Shown: one piece after another, positions 50,118-60,900 of the stretch | Layout of the letters: each line of letters begins with the position of its first letter | How positions within the stretch are numbered: the stretch's first letter is position 1 | From: Ostreococcus lucimarinus | Lineage: Eukaryota | Length of the DNA stretch: 64,000 nt | Reading direction: 5' to 3' (one strand) | NCBI GenBank assembly: GCA_000092065.1 | Contig: CP000581.1 | The notes under the pieces: generated by a model | Told to the model about the DNA's origin: nothing | Databases searched by the model: none | Seen by the model: only the letters and a program-made list of their open reading frames with translations | Position numbers and translations under genes: made by a program

Positions 50118-51077
50118 CTAACGATCGGCAGCTGGTAAGTACACGCCACCCTTTCCGACGACCCAACGCGCGCCGCATTCGGACAGTTTCGCGAACGCTT
50201 GGGCAAACTCGAAGAAGAACGCGTCTTGGTCGCGAGCGTAGCGCATAAAATGCGGTGCGAATCCGGGATCGGTATGTAAGACGCGATCAGTGCTCAACCA
50301 TAAAAGATTTTTGTCATCCGATCCACCCTCGGTGAAGTACGAGTTGTCGAATTTCAGCCAGCAAGAGGTCCACGACGCCCCACCCGGCATGCCGAAATCG
50401 CCGTCTCCATCACCCTTTGGACTAAACGGACACCCGCCCGTGTACTTCGTCGCATTCTTCACCCCGTACCCGTACTCCGTCGTCCCACTTCTTTCCTTAA
50501 ACGCCCTCCCGATCGTGTGCGCCCCGCTCAGCGCCACGATTTCTCTGTCGTCGAATCCGAGTCGCCCGAATACTCTTCTCAAATGTTCCCCGGGCGTCTT
50601 CGACCCATCGCCGAACGGCGCCTCCGCGTCCGGTAGATTCCCCTCCCTCGCCGGTTCGTCGGAATCCTTCCGTCCGTACTTCATCGGAATCCGTGGTCCG
50701 CCCGCGCTTTCGATCGCGCACGCGCCGCACAGCTGAATCGCGTCCGCGTGGCTCAGCGCCGGAAACCGCTCGACGATCTCTCGCGCGTAACCCAACGCCT
50801 TCTTCAGGCCCGCGTTCGCGCCGTGCGCCAACTCGGCGTCGAACCTGATCGACCCGTTCGCGCCGCCGCACCTCGGCCACGCGTCCGCCGCCGTCGCGTC
50901 GAACGTTCCCGCGTCGTGCCACGCCAATCGCACCATGATTGGATGGCACTTTCGCGCGTCGAGCATCGCGAACGCGGCCTCGCGCGCGCCCTCGAGCGCG
51001 CGGCAGTACTCCCGCGCGTCGTCGTCGATGAAGTGCTCGCGCACGGCGCCGACGCGTCGCGCGGGGGCGGTGGACAT
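50118..51077 (-). CDS. APX: L-ascorbate peroxidase (class I haem peroxidase)
   Basis: Distal and proximal haem-pocket motifs: IMVRLAWHDAGTFD, LSGAHTIGRA, and the proximal His/Trp region. Start is the ATG at 51075-51077 (MSTAPARR). The longer ORF-tool N-terminus runs antisense through the neighbouring SDR gene. Confidence 0.85.
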   Translation of the reverse strand: MSTAPARRVGAVREHFIDDDAREYCRALEGAREAAFAMLDARKCHPIMVRLAWHDAGTFDATAADAWPRCGGANGSIRFDAELAHGANAGLKKALGYAREIVERFPALSHADAIQLCGACAIESAGGPRIPMKYGRKDSDEPAREGNLPDAEAPFGDGSKTPGEHLRRVFGRLGFDDREIVALSGAHTIGRAFKERSGTTEYGYGVKNATKYTGGCPFSPKGDGDGDFGMPGGASWTSCWLKFDNSYFTEGGSDDKNLLWLSTDRVLHTDPGFAPHFMRYARDQDAFFFEFAQAFAKLSECGARWVVGKGGVYLPAADR

Positions 51078-51129
51078 CGCCTCGCGCGTCGACGGGCGGC
51101 GAAAAGTGTCGTCACTTCGCGCCGACGTC

Positions 51130-51981
51130 ATGACGGCGCTCGTCACGGGCGCGACGGATGGGATCGGCCTGCACACCGCGCGAAGGCTCGCGGCGAGCGG
51201 GCGCGACGTGCTCGTGCACGGACGAGACCGCGAGCGCGTGCGAAGCGCCGTCGAGGCCGTGCGGAAACACGCGCGCTCGGAAAAACAAGTCATCGAAGGC
51301 TTGACGCGAGACCTCTCGTCGTTGGAAGACGTGCGCGCGCTCGCGCGCGACGTCGTGGACGGACGCGGGGACGTGTCGATGCTGTTCAATAACGCGGGGG
51401 TGTACTCGACGAAGGAGACGCGGTGCGCGAACGGGCACGAGATGACGTTCGCGGTGAACGTGCTGGCGCCGTTCGCGCTGTGCGGGTTACTGTTACCGAC
51501 GCTCGCGGCGAACGCGCGGCGAACGGGGACGAAGTCGAGCGTGTTGAACGTGGCGTCGATTTCGGCGGCGCCGGCGATTGATTTTGACAACTTGCGGTGC
51601 GAAAAGATGTTTTCGCCCCACGGGTCGTACGCGCAGAGCAAGGCGTGCATGAAGGCGTTCTCGTACGAGCTGTACGATAGATTAGCGAGAGGAGCGCTAT
51701 CCGGGGCGAGCGTGGAAGATTTAAACGTGTTCTCGTGCGATCCAGGGACCGTGAACACGAAAATGCTGTTGGCGGGATGGGGTCGGTGCGGTATCGAAAC
51801 GTACGAAGCGAACGATGAATTTACAATCATGGTGGACGACATCGAAAGGAACGGCGCGAAACACAACGGGGCGTACTTTGTTAACGCCGCACCGCAACCT
51901 CGTCGAAGCGAGGCCGGTGATGTAGACCAGGCGAAACTCTGGCGACTCCTCGAACAAGAAACGGGCGTCGTCTACGCCTAA
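51130..51981 (+). CDS. Short-chain dehydrogenase/reductase (SDR, retinol-dehydrogenase-like)
   Basis: TGATDGIG cofactor motif, NNAG, and the YAQSK catalytic Tyr-x3-Lys. ATG at 51130. Confidence 0.8.
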   Translation: MTALVTGATDGIGLHTARRLAASGRDVLVHGRDRERVRSAVEAVRKHARSEKQVIEGLTRDLSSLEDVRALARDVVDGRGDVSMLFNNAGVYSTKETRCANGHEMTFAVNVLAPFALCGLLLPTLAANARRTGTKSSVLNVASISAAPAIDFDNLRCEKMFSPHGSYAQSKACMKAFSYELYDRLARGALSGASVEDLNVFSCDPGTVNTKMLLAGWGRCGIETYEANDEFTIMVDDIERNGAKHNGAYFVNAAPQPRRSEAGDVDQAKLWRLLEQETGVVYA

Positions 51982-52025
51982 GATGAACTGTTGATGAACT
52001 GTATTTCTACTACTATCGCTATCTA

Positions 52026-53747
52026 TCATCTACGAACGACGACATAATGGCGCGAACGCCGGCGCGCGCGACGTTTTAGCGCTAATCGAATACGAACGAC
52101 ACAGAACAAGAGCGTCGAGCTGATGAGAAACGCGTGCCAATACGTGTACCATCCACTTTCGTCGTCGGGCGTCGTCGCAAAGTCTTTTTCGACTGCTCGC
52201 AACGGTTCGTCCTCCCGTGCGTCCTCGAAAGAGTGGAGTTCGTCTTCAACCTTGTCGTCCCGGACAGTCGACGCTCCATCATTCATAGGCTTGTTTAAAT
52301 CATTCTGAGTTTCCGTCTCCTCCTTCACCGCTTCTTTCTCAGGCGGACAACAACGAGACTCGCATCGCACCGTACACGTGTCGCAAGATCGCGGACAACT
52401 TTGCAGCATAAACGACGGGTTCTTCTCGCATTCACCGTCGTGCGCCCATCCGCAACACATATCATTCGTGTCTCGACATTCTTCTTCGTCGTCGTCACCG
52501 CCGCCGCCGCGAAATGTGTCGTCGGTGTTCTTTCGCTCGCTGCACGACAACACGCCGCGAGCGTCCTTTGAACAAGAGTAATGTATCTTGCGAGTATCGA
52601 TCGGATTCGCGATACCGCATCGCTCTATCGCGTACTGGCGCGTCGCGTTGTACAAACCCCACGCGCACACTAATGCGACCTCGTCACGCCGACGTTGAGG
52701 GCCTTTGCTTCGCAATTCGGCGAGCGTTGGCGGCCGTTGAAACAACTCTGGGGTCGGACATCCGAGTACAGATCTGTGAAACCATTGCTTATCGAACGCG
52801 TAATCTTGGACGTTGAACGTCAAGCCGTAGTGCAAAACGACGGGAAATCTAGAATCACTCGGTGGATCGTACCCAGGATACAGCATGAAGTCGTCATGCA
52901 CTTGAAACGTGATGCCCACCTCCGCCGCGGCGAAGACGTACCCGTACATTTCGGATATCCACGGCGGACCGTATTTGCCGTTCGCGTTGTATATGTCTCC
53001 GGTGTTAGCCCAAGAGTCCGGGTCCTGACGCACTTCCTCGGTCCAATACAGCCATCTCGGCGCGAGTTTGCGCATATCCTCCCTGTGCATCACCGTGAAA
53101 CCGCCCACTTGCTGCGCCTTTTCCACGTTCCGCACGCGCGCCTTCACTCCCATGTGACTCTCCGGTTGGGTCCCGATCAAGTACCCATACTTCGCGCTCA
53201 CCGGCGCCCCTCTTCGCACACCGAGTAAATCCACCGTCATCGGCGCTCGAAAGATCATATCCGCGTCTAACACGATTATAAAGTCCGCCGTCACCTCGGC
53301 GTTCGTCAACCAGTGATGAATACTAAACGGCTTGTTATACGCCGTGTACGAATCCTTCGTCACCGGATGCGTGGCGTAATTAGGATGCACGTGCGTGTCC
53401 GGAACCACTCGCAAACTCGGCGAGTTCTCGTCGTCGCACGCCATGAGTCGAGTGAATTTACCCCTCTGTCCGACGCGTCGCCAACTGTCGTACAACCCGT
53501 ACGACTGCCAATCAAAGTACCCGTTACACTCCGTGCTGAACACCGTGTGCATGCTCGCGCCGTCGCGCGCGTCCGCGACGCCGCGATCGTCGCCCGCGTC
53601 GCCTCCGAGCGCGTCGGCTTCGCTCGAGATCGCCGCGACGCTCGCGAGCGTCGCGCACATCGCGCGCGCGAATCCATTCGTCCCGACGCCGCGCCGCGCC
53701 GCGCGCCGTCGACCGGCGCGTCGCGCGCGCGCTTCGTCGCGCGCCAT
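52026..53747 (-). CDS. Peptidyl-serine alpha-galactosyltransferase / hydroxyproline O-arabinosyltransferase family glycosyltransferase (SGT1/HPAT-like), with ShK-type domain and C-terminal TM anchor
   Basis: Family hallmarks: HTVFSTECNGYFDWQS.GL, ...HW.....DF...LDADM, WISEMYGY.FAAAE, YPGY. ShKT-like CRDTNDMCCGWAHDGECEKNPSFMLQSCPRSCDTC. C-terminal hydrophobic WYTYWHAFLISSTLLFCVV. Both the ATG at 53747 and the ATG at 53660 are valid. Confidence 0.75.
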   Translation of the reverse strand: MARDEARARRAGRRRAARRGVGTNGFARAMCATLASVAAISSEADALGGDAGDDRGVADARDGASMHTVFSTECNGYFDWQSYGLYDSWRRVGQRGKFTRLMACDDENSPSLRVVPDTHVHPNYATHPVTKDSYTAYNKPFSIHHWLTNAEVTADFIIVLDADMIFRAPMTVDLLGVRRGAPVSAKYGYLIGTQPESHMGVKARVRNVEKAQQVGGFTVMHREDMRKLAPRWLYWTEEVRQDPDSWANTGDIYNANGKYGPPWISEMYGYVFAAAEVGITFQVHDDFMLYPGYDPPSDSRFPVVLHYGLTFNVQDYAFDKQWFHRSVLGCPTPELFQRPPTLAELRSKGPQRRRDEVALVCAWGLYNATRQYAIERCGIANPIDTRKIHYSCSKDARGVLSCSERKNTDDTFRGGGGDDDEEECRDTNDMCCGWAHDGECEKNPSFMLQSCPRSCDTCTVRCESRCCPPEKEAVKEETETQNDLNKPMNDGASTVRDDKVEDELHSFEDAREDEPLRAVEKDFATTPDDESGWYTYWHAFLISSTLLFCVVRIRLALKRRARRRSRHYVVVRR

Positions 53748-53848
53748 CCCTCACGAGTTCGCGCGTCTCCAATCCATGCGTCGCCGCGCGTTAAAGTGAG
53801 AAAACTGTTGTTACAACGTCGTTCGACGATTCGTTCCGACGCATGCGT

Positions 53849-53892
53849 CATTCATTCATTCGTTCGTTCGTTCGTTCGTTCGTTCGTTCCGT
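53849..53892. repeat. (TTCG/TTCA)n tetranucleotide microsatellite
   Basis: cattcattcattcgttcgttcgttcgttcgttcgttcgttcc, located in the roughly 800-bp spacer between the divergent SGT1-like and YrdC genes. Confidence 0.8.
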
Positions 53893-54563
53893 CGCGCCTC
53901 ACGAGCGCTACGTCGGCCCGATCCGCCAAAACGCCCGCGCCTTCGCCTCCGCGCTCGCCGTCGCGCCTCGCGCGTCGTCCATCGACGCGCGTCTCGACGC
54001 CGCGTCCTCGTCGCCGCTCGCCCTCGGCTCGCGCGTCTCGTCGACGCTCGCGCGTCGTCGCCTCGCCTCCGCCGCCGCCGCCGCGAACACGTTCCCGGCG
54101 CAGTCCCCGTAGGGGTCCTCGCCGAGAAACGTGACGTCTTCGTCCGTCCACGACATCATCCATCGATCGGCGAACGTCGACGGCGCGCGCGACGCGTCGT
54201 CGGCGGCGTCGGCGGTCGATCCGCGCGGTGCTGACGCGGCGCGTCGGCGCGATGCGTCGGCGTCGTCGCGTCGCGTCGTCGTCGACGCGGGCCCGCGCGC
54301 GGAGTAGAGCTTGCTCGCGAGGTCGCGAAACATCGAGGTTCGGTCGGCGCGCGCGTCGGACGTCGTCGTCGGCGCGCGCGTCGCGGTGTCGCGTCGGCGG
54401 TCGGGGTCGGTGCCGAGGCGTTCTTTTTGTATGCGCAAACAGTCAGACGACGCGTTTCCCGAGGCGCATCATCGCGCGCAGAGTCCCCCGCCGGCGCGAA
54501 TCGTCGCGACGCGGATTCGGCGCGTCGCGCGCGGCGCATCGCGACGCGCGCGTCGCGGTCGAG

Positions 54564-55376
54564 ATGTCGCGCGCGACGTCGCTCGCGCGCGCGATCGCGC
54601 CGCGGGCGCGCGCGCGCGACGCGACGCGACGGCGAACGGGCCGGGTCGCGGGACGCGACCGGCGTCGCGTGCGTCGCGCGGTCGTCGCGCGCGCGACGGG
54701 GGAGGACGCGACGCGTCGACGCGCGATCGACGCGAGCGATGCGAACGCGGTGGCGCGCGCGGCGGCGGCGCTGCGACGCGGCGGCGTGATCGCGGTGCCG
54801 ACGGATACGATTTATGGATTCGCGGCGAGCGCGGCGAACGGCGACGCGGTGCGGCGGTTGTACGAGATCAAGGGGCGACGCGCGGGCGTGCCGCTGGCGA
54901 TCGCGGTGGGAGACGTGCGCGACGTGGGGACGTACGGTGACGATGGACACCTGAGAGAGGGCGCGCTGGCGCGGTTGCTGCCGGGACCGACGACGGTTTT
55001 GTTGCGGCGACGGCGCGGCGACGCGGGACGCGCGACGCCCGAGTTGAATCCGGGGGTGGATTTGATCGGGATTCGCGTGCCGGCGCACGATTTCGTGCGC
55101 GAGGTGTGTCGCGCGCACGGCGGAGCGATCGCGCTGACGAGCGCGAATAGATCTGGGGAGACGAGCGCGACGGCGGCGGAGGAGTTCGCCGAGCTCTGGG
55201 ACGCGTGCGACGAAGTCTTCGACGGGGGGGCGATTCCGGCGAAGCGTTTAGGAAGCACGATCGTGGATTTGAGTTCGCGCGCGAATGATTTTGCCATCGT
55301 TCGCGCGGGCGAGCGCTGCGACGAGCTCGTTCGCGTGCTCGAGGGCGAGTTCGCGATGACGCGGCGAGACGCGTGA
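54564..55376 (+). CDS. YrdC/Sua5-domain protein (threonylcarbamoyl-AMP synthase, t6A biosynthesis)
   Basis: G.....PTDT.YG....A.....V.R...IK.R....PL.....D.....Y, ..LPGP.T..LRR and ..IG.R.P.H.....L.....P...TSAN.SG form the YrdC fold signature. ATG at 54564. Confidence 0.7.
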   Translation: MSRATSLARAIAPRARARDATRRRTGRVAGRDRRRVRRAVVARATGEDATRRRAIDASDANAVARAAAALRRGGVIAVPTDTIYGFAASAANGDAVRRLYEIKGRRAGVPLAIAVGDVRDVGTYGDDGHLREGALARLLPGPTTVLLRRRRGDAGRATPELNPGVDLIGIRVPAHDFVREVCRAHGGAIALTSANRSGETSATAAEEFAELWDACDEVFDGGAIPAKRLGSTIVDLSSRANDFAIVRAGERCDELVRVLEGEFAMTRRDA

Positions 55377-55546
55377 CGCTCGGCGGCGCTCGGCGGCGCG
55401 TCGCGCGCGTTCGCGTTCGACGTTCGATTCGCGACGACGCCGTCGTCATCGCGCGCTTTTCGTGTGATTACGCGCGACGCGTGGCTAGCTAGAAATAAAC
55501 GATCGTCCGATCGTCCGATCGTCCGACCGCGCGACGCGCGCGTTCG

Positions 55547-55996
55547 TCACAAATCCTTCCCTCGCACCTTCCCGTCCTCGGCGTCCTTGAACGCCCCCCA
55601 CGTCCGTCGAAACAACCACGCGTAATCCCTCGGCCTGCACGCGTTCAGGTCCGCGCGCACGTCCTCGGGGTTCGTGTACGCCACCGCGAGCGGCACGCAC
55701 GCCGCGAGATACGCGACGCCGAACGTGGGAAACAGCGCGAACGCCACCGGATGCCCGCGCGCGACCTCGGCGTGCGCGAGCGCGCATCCGCCGGCGAACG
55801 CGAGCGTCGCGCACGCGAACGCGGCGATGATCGAACGCGCGAGGTCACCGGTGGCGACGCGCGCGCGCGCGCGGTCGCCGCGCGCGACGTCGAGCACGCC
55901 TCGAGGCATGCGAGCGCGAGAGTGACGCGACGCGGACGACGACGACGGACGACGGGTCTTCGAAGGGTCTTCGAAAGCGAGCGGTGTGGCGTTCAT
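55547..55996 (-). CDS. Hypothetical small membrane protein (2-3 TM helices)
   Basis: 149-aa ORF with ATG verified. Hydrophobic segments SIIAAFACATLAFAGGCALA and FPTFGVAYLAACVPLAVAY. No family recognised. Confidence 0.3.
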   Translation of the reverse strand: MNATPLAFEDPSKTRRPSSSSASRHSRARMPRGVLDVARGDRARARVATGDLARSIIAAFACATLAFAGGCALAHAEVARGHPVAFALFPTFGVAYLAACVPLAVAYTNPEDVRADLNACRPRDYAWLFRRTWGAFKDAEDGKVRGKDL

Positions 55997-56034
55997 GGTT
56001 CGTGCGATGCGTCGAGTCGGGTCGGGTCGGGTCG

Positions 56035-57183
56035 TCAGCGATCGGAGGAAGACGCGTCGTCGGCGTCGACGGCGGCGCCGCGCTGGTGGAGGAGCATGCG
56101 GCGAAGGACGACTCTGCGGAGCTGGGATTCGCTGACTTCGACGTCGGCGTCCGAGGCGTCGTCGACGTCGGCGTCGACGCGAGGCGAGCCGGCGCGAGGG
56201 CGCTTGCGCGCGTCGTCGGTTCGGGGATGCGGCGACGCGCTCTTGGCGTCGGCGCTCGGCGAACGCGAACGCCGGGGACGATCGTCGAAGCGCTCGGGCG
56301 GAACGACGAAGGTCGGCGGCCTCGAGGCGAGCGCGGCCAATAAATTCGCCTGCGTGGTCATGATGTCCGTGATCATGGACTTTAAGCGCTGCACGTCTCG
56401 CGCTTCCTCGTCTCGCATCGATTCGAGCGCTCGAACGCGGCGCTCGACGGAGACGAACGCGTCTCGCGACATCGGCGTTTCCAAATCGGCGTCGCGCGAG
56501 ACCGGCGCCATCTCCGGCGATATCCGATGCGCTCGCGCGACGTTCTGCGACGACAGGCGAAGCGCACTCGGCGCGCTCGCGTCGAGCGTCGGCGTCGACC
56601 CGCTCGCCACGCGTCCATCGCGTCGTCGATTATCGAAGCCCGCCAGCGGCTGCGATCTCGGCTGCGATTCGCGCGGCGTCCCGCGCGCGTCCATCGCGCC
56701 GCTCTCGACGATCCCCAATCCCTGCCCCCACCCCCCGACGCCGTAAATCCCCTCCTGCGACGATCCACCGACGGCGAGGTACGCGGGCGCGCGCTCCGGG
56801 TGCGCCTTCCCGTTCGTCCCGTCCGCGCCGCCGATCGCGCCTCCGCGCCGCGTCTCGACGCGCGCGTCCCCGTCCCCATCCTCCGCGCCGCCTCGCGCCC
56901 GATGTTCTCGCGCGCGCGCGTCCATCGTCGCCTCGCGCCTCGCGCATCGCGCGCGTCCGTCGTCCGCGAGCGCGTTCGCGCTCGGAAACGGCGGTAAGCG
57001 CGTCGTCGACGCCGCGCGTCGTCGCGATGCGTCGCCCGCGCCGTCGCTCGCGCGCGCGTCCGATCGCGCGTGCGCGTCGCGCGCGCGCGCGGCGTCGGTC
57101 CACCCGTCGCGGGCGAACGCGTACGCGGTTTCGTACGCGCGCGGTCGCGTCGCGCGCCTCGGCGGCCACGCGCGGTCGTCCAT
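56035..57183 (-). CDS. Hypothetical protein (Arg/Asp/Ala-rich, short coiled-coil segment)
   Basis: 382-aa ORF with ATG verified. Only the central part (..VERRVRALESMRDEEARDVQRLKSMITDIMTTQANLL..) looks non-repetitive. Coding status is uncertain given the GC3-driven ORFs in this genome. Confidence 0.25.
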   Translation of the reverse strand: MDDRAWPPRRATRPRAYETAYAFARDGWTDAARARDAHARSDARASDGAGDASRRRAASTTRLPPFPSANALADDGRARCARREATMDARAREHRARGGAEDGDGDARVETRRGGAIGGADGTNGKAHPERAPAYLAVGGSSQEGIYGVGGWGQGLGIVESGAMDARGTPRESQPRSQPLAGFDNRRRDGRVASGSTPTLDASAPSALRLSSQNVARAHRISPEMAPVSRDADLETPMSRDAFVSVERRVRALESMRDEEARDVQRLKSMITDIMTTQANLLAALASRPPTFVVPPERFDDRPRRSRSPSADAKSASPHPRTDDARKRPRAGSPRVDADVDDASDADVEVSESQLRRVVLRRMLLHQRGAAVDADDASSSDR

Positions 57184-57326
57184 CGTCGCGTCGGCGAGTG
57201 CCGGCGACGCGCGCGGTCGATCGGTCGCGATTCCGCGCCGGTTCGTCTTCCCGAGGCGCGCGCGCGGCGCACCGCGACGCGCGCGCGAGATCGACGGCGA
57301 CGAGGACGACGACGACGACGGGACGA

Positions 57327-57917
57327 ATGCGAACGCGCGCGCGCGCGCGAAGCGTCGGCGTCGCCGTCGCGGCGAGCGTCGCGCTGCTCGCGGGAAGGGC
57401 GCGCGGCGACGCGCGCGCGAGGCTGGAGGGGACGCGCGACGACGCGGTCGCTATGCGCGTCGCGGCGTTCGCGCCGTGCGAGGAAACGAACGCGCGAACG
57501 CGCGTAGAGATGTGTTTTGAACACGACATCGCGAGTGGGGACGCGGCGTGCGCGATCGGCGAAGGGACGATTCGACGCGCGCGCGACGGGACGGAGGTCG
57601 GGGATTCGTGCGGCGCGATGGAGATCGCGGACGGACGCGTCGTCGTTCGATTGCGAACGGGCGAGCGTTCCTGCGCGGTGCGCGAGGGCGATGCGTTCAG
57701 AATCGAGGCGTATTACGAGTGCGCGAGCGATGGACGACTGTTCCCGTATTCGACGCTCTTGCTCGGCGAAGTCGTGGCGTTGGCGGATTCGGCGATTTAC
57801 TTGGCCGAAGCCGCGCACGAGCTCGAACAAGCCGTCGAGACCCAAGATGAAGAACGGGAACACGAAGAAGACGACCGCGCGACGTCTTTCACAATCTACT
57901 GGCCAGCATCTTTTTAA
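57327..57917 (+). CDS. Hypothetical secreted Cys-containing protein
   Basis: ATG at 57327 gives signal-like MRTRARARSVGVAVAASVALLAG. The mature part has 8 Cys and normal composition, with a C-terminal acidic stretch. No family recognised. Confidence 0.3.
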   Translation: MRTRARARSVGVAVAASVALLAGRARGDARARLEGTRDDAVAMRVAAFAPCEETNARTRVEMCFEHDIASGDAACAIGEGTIRRARDGTEVGDSCGAMEIADGRVVVRLRTGERSCAVREGDAFRIEAYYECASDGRLFPYSTLLLGEVVALADSAIYLAEAAHELEQAVETQDEEREHEEDDRATSFTIYWPASF

Positions 57918-57939
57918 ATGGCGGGATGGTTTTTACAAT

Positions 57940-60900
57940 TCATCGACCCTTAAAGTCGCTATCTGATTCGCCGCTATCGCTCGGGTCGTCCTCGTCGAAG
58001 TCGTCGTCTGAGATTTTGTAATCGTCAGCGTCCTCTTCTTTTTTCTTTTTATCTACCACGTCCATGCCATCGGCGTCATCTTCATCATCCATGTCGTCGT
58101 CGTCGTCGCCGTCGTCGACACGATCGTCGTCGTCGTCGAAATCCGTCGCGGGGCGCGACGCGGGGAATCGGTCCATCGGATCAGTCGACGCGTCGATGAC
58201 TATGCCGAGATTTTCGATCATTTCAGCGCTGGTCAGGTACTTTTCCAACGGGAATAGGCATTTTTCGTAGTACTTTCTCATGGCAAACGACGCGCTCGTT
58301 TGCGTACTCAAATCACGGCCGAGCGTACGCGCAACCACTTTCCAAAACTTGCAGCGCGTGACTTGTTCGTATCCTCCGAGGTGCATGGCTTCTATGAACA
58401 CGCGGTGCAGATTCATCTGCGCGCCGCAAAATATCGGGGCTTGAGGAATAACACCACCCGCGAAGGCTTCTGCGCGGAACTTGTCGAAATCCCTGCGGTG
58501 GTCGCCCGAAGGCCATCCCAGTCGTCGCGCGATGGCTTTGCACTGTGCGATGAGAGTCATGTCTTCGGGAGACAGTTCCCTTTCGTGATCCACGGGAGCG
58601 GGGCCTTCGTGCACGGGATCGTGGTACTTTTCGGGTGCCGCGATTATTTCCCAAGGCGAGACCCACATGTAGTCTTCGGGATCACTATCGAACACGACCA
58701 TGACGGTTTCCCAACGATCAGGGCTCGAACGGACTTTCCGCACGCGACCAAGGTAATAGACGCAGCCATCGACAGACACGATCCCGCGCGCTTCGTTTTC
58801 CGCATCGACGCCCTCAAAGTGCATAATGATGCGACTTCCGCCGTCCCAAGGTTTCTCATCGACTTCCTGGTACTTCGACCATGGTAAAACGTACTCGGCA
58901 ATGTCTCCTCCGGCGTAAAGAGGCGCTATGATGAGTCTTCGTTCATCCTTTGCTTCCTTTGCGTCGGCTTGCTCTGCGTCGGCACTTTGTCTCCGCGTGC
59001 TCGGGAACTGACTTAACTCAGGATCATCGAGAAGTAGACACATCAACCAAGCGCAAGGCGGCGTATCGCCATCACTTGCAGCGTTGCGCCGCGGAGCTTC
59101 GCTTCCTCGATACGCCGTTCCGAGCACCACACACCGCTCGACCGGTCGCAGCGTATTCACATCAATCCAGTTTCGTGGACGCGACTTCTTGTCAACGTAT
59201 CGGTTATACGTCTTCACCAAACCTCTTTTGATGACAGCGACGACTTCGCCGGTATTAATTGCACCAACGCCGTGGGAAACGCCGGTGCACATTTGAAACG
59301 CGCCTTGCGACATTCGTTGAGGATCTTGAACGAGAAATCTCAGAAACTGATTCACCAAGTTTGCCGCGCGGCGGACTGTTAGAGGAGGTAACGGATCCAG
59401 TAACTCTGGCGCGGCTAAAATATCGTTTATTCCCGGAATAGGTTCCGATACTTCAGGAGCAGCGGTTGTCCCTTCAAGCTCCGCCTCTGTTCTCGGTCCG
59501 AAAACGTAATACCGCAGCTGCGCCAACCAAGTGGGTTTAGCATCTGGCCAGGCGACGTCATCCATCAAACCCGCTTGCGCGCAGACAATTTCTATCCCGG
59601 GCAAAACCTTCAAAAGTCTTACGAGAGATTGCTCAGATGCATTCAGCGCGCTTTCAAAATGTGTGCACGTTCTAATGAAACGATCTATCCAACGCATATC
59701 TCCAGTCCGCCAAAACGGTGCGGAGTGGAGAATAAACTTGACGGCGTTGAAAAGTCGAGACGTCAACTTCGCATCGTCGACAGAACCCAGAGCGACGTCA
59801 TCAAGATTCGCATAACCGTCCATCGCCAAAGTTTCGGACAATATTTCAACCTTTTTCCTTCTATCATCGTCGCTCAGTTCTGGCGCATCGGCGTCTCCGT
59901 CGACGGCGTGCGACATGAGTCGATGGAGTTTTGTGATGTATCGCTCGTTGTCATACTTTGGGTTGCACCAATAGCTCAACGCGTCATACTCTACAGTTCC
60001 TGGGGTGTACACGCCCCATCTTGAAGCACACTCTACTAGACCGGAAACGTTGCGCCGGCAATCTGGTGTATTCGCAGCGTCCTCTGAAAACGGCGCATCT
60101 TCGACTGGTGGACCAGCCATTGGTTGTTTGGGATACTCTACGCCGTCGATGACTTGCGACGATGCGGCGTCTTCGTCGCCATCGTACCATCCCAGTGGAG
60201 CAGTTTCGACAAACAGACGCCCCGCGTTGTTCGTACCGCCGAGGGCAAAGTATCTCCTACCCTGCTCGTCCACAGCGACAGGCTTACCTCGCGAGATGAC
60301 TGCGCGCTCGACGGCTTCAGACTTCCACTTCATCAGCTGCTCACGGCGATAGTCGGCAAGAGTGGGTGGTTTCACCAGTTCTTCGCTCGCGTCCGTTTCA
60401 TCGACTTCCATAGACACCGATTCGTCAGCATCATCTACGACCTCGGGATTCTCATCCTTTACGTTGATCTCTTTGCTGGTTTCCTTCTTTTTCTCCTCCG
60501 TCGGTTTTGGAACCTCGGTCGCGAGCGTGGGCGGGTTGCTGTGAAAATCGCCTGTTCTCCGCCGCGCGCGCACGTCATCGTAAATCTCCGTGAAGTATTC
60601 CCGGATGGTTTCACTCTCTAAGGCGATAGAACTAAGTGCAACCGCCAAAGCTATTCTGTGGACGGGCGAAAAACTCTCTAAAACTTCGCCCTTGTCCAAC
60701 TTTGCCACTGCCTCCAGCGCGGGCTTTCGCATTCGCGCGTTGACGCCCATTTGAAACTCAACAATCAAGTTATTCGCTCTATCTTGCCAATCCAACTCCC
60801 CGATGTCGTTCAACCCAAGAACGGGAGCGTCCCACCAACGCGCGCGCGTAGGCGCTGATCTAATCGTTTCTTGATCGATCGAATCTATGCGGCCCTCTGT

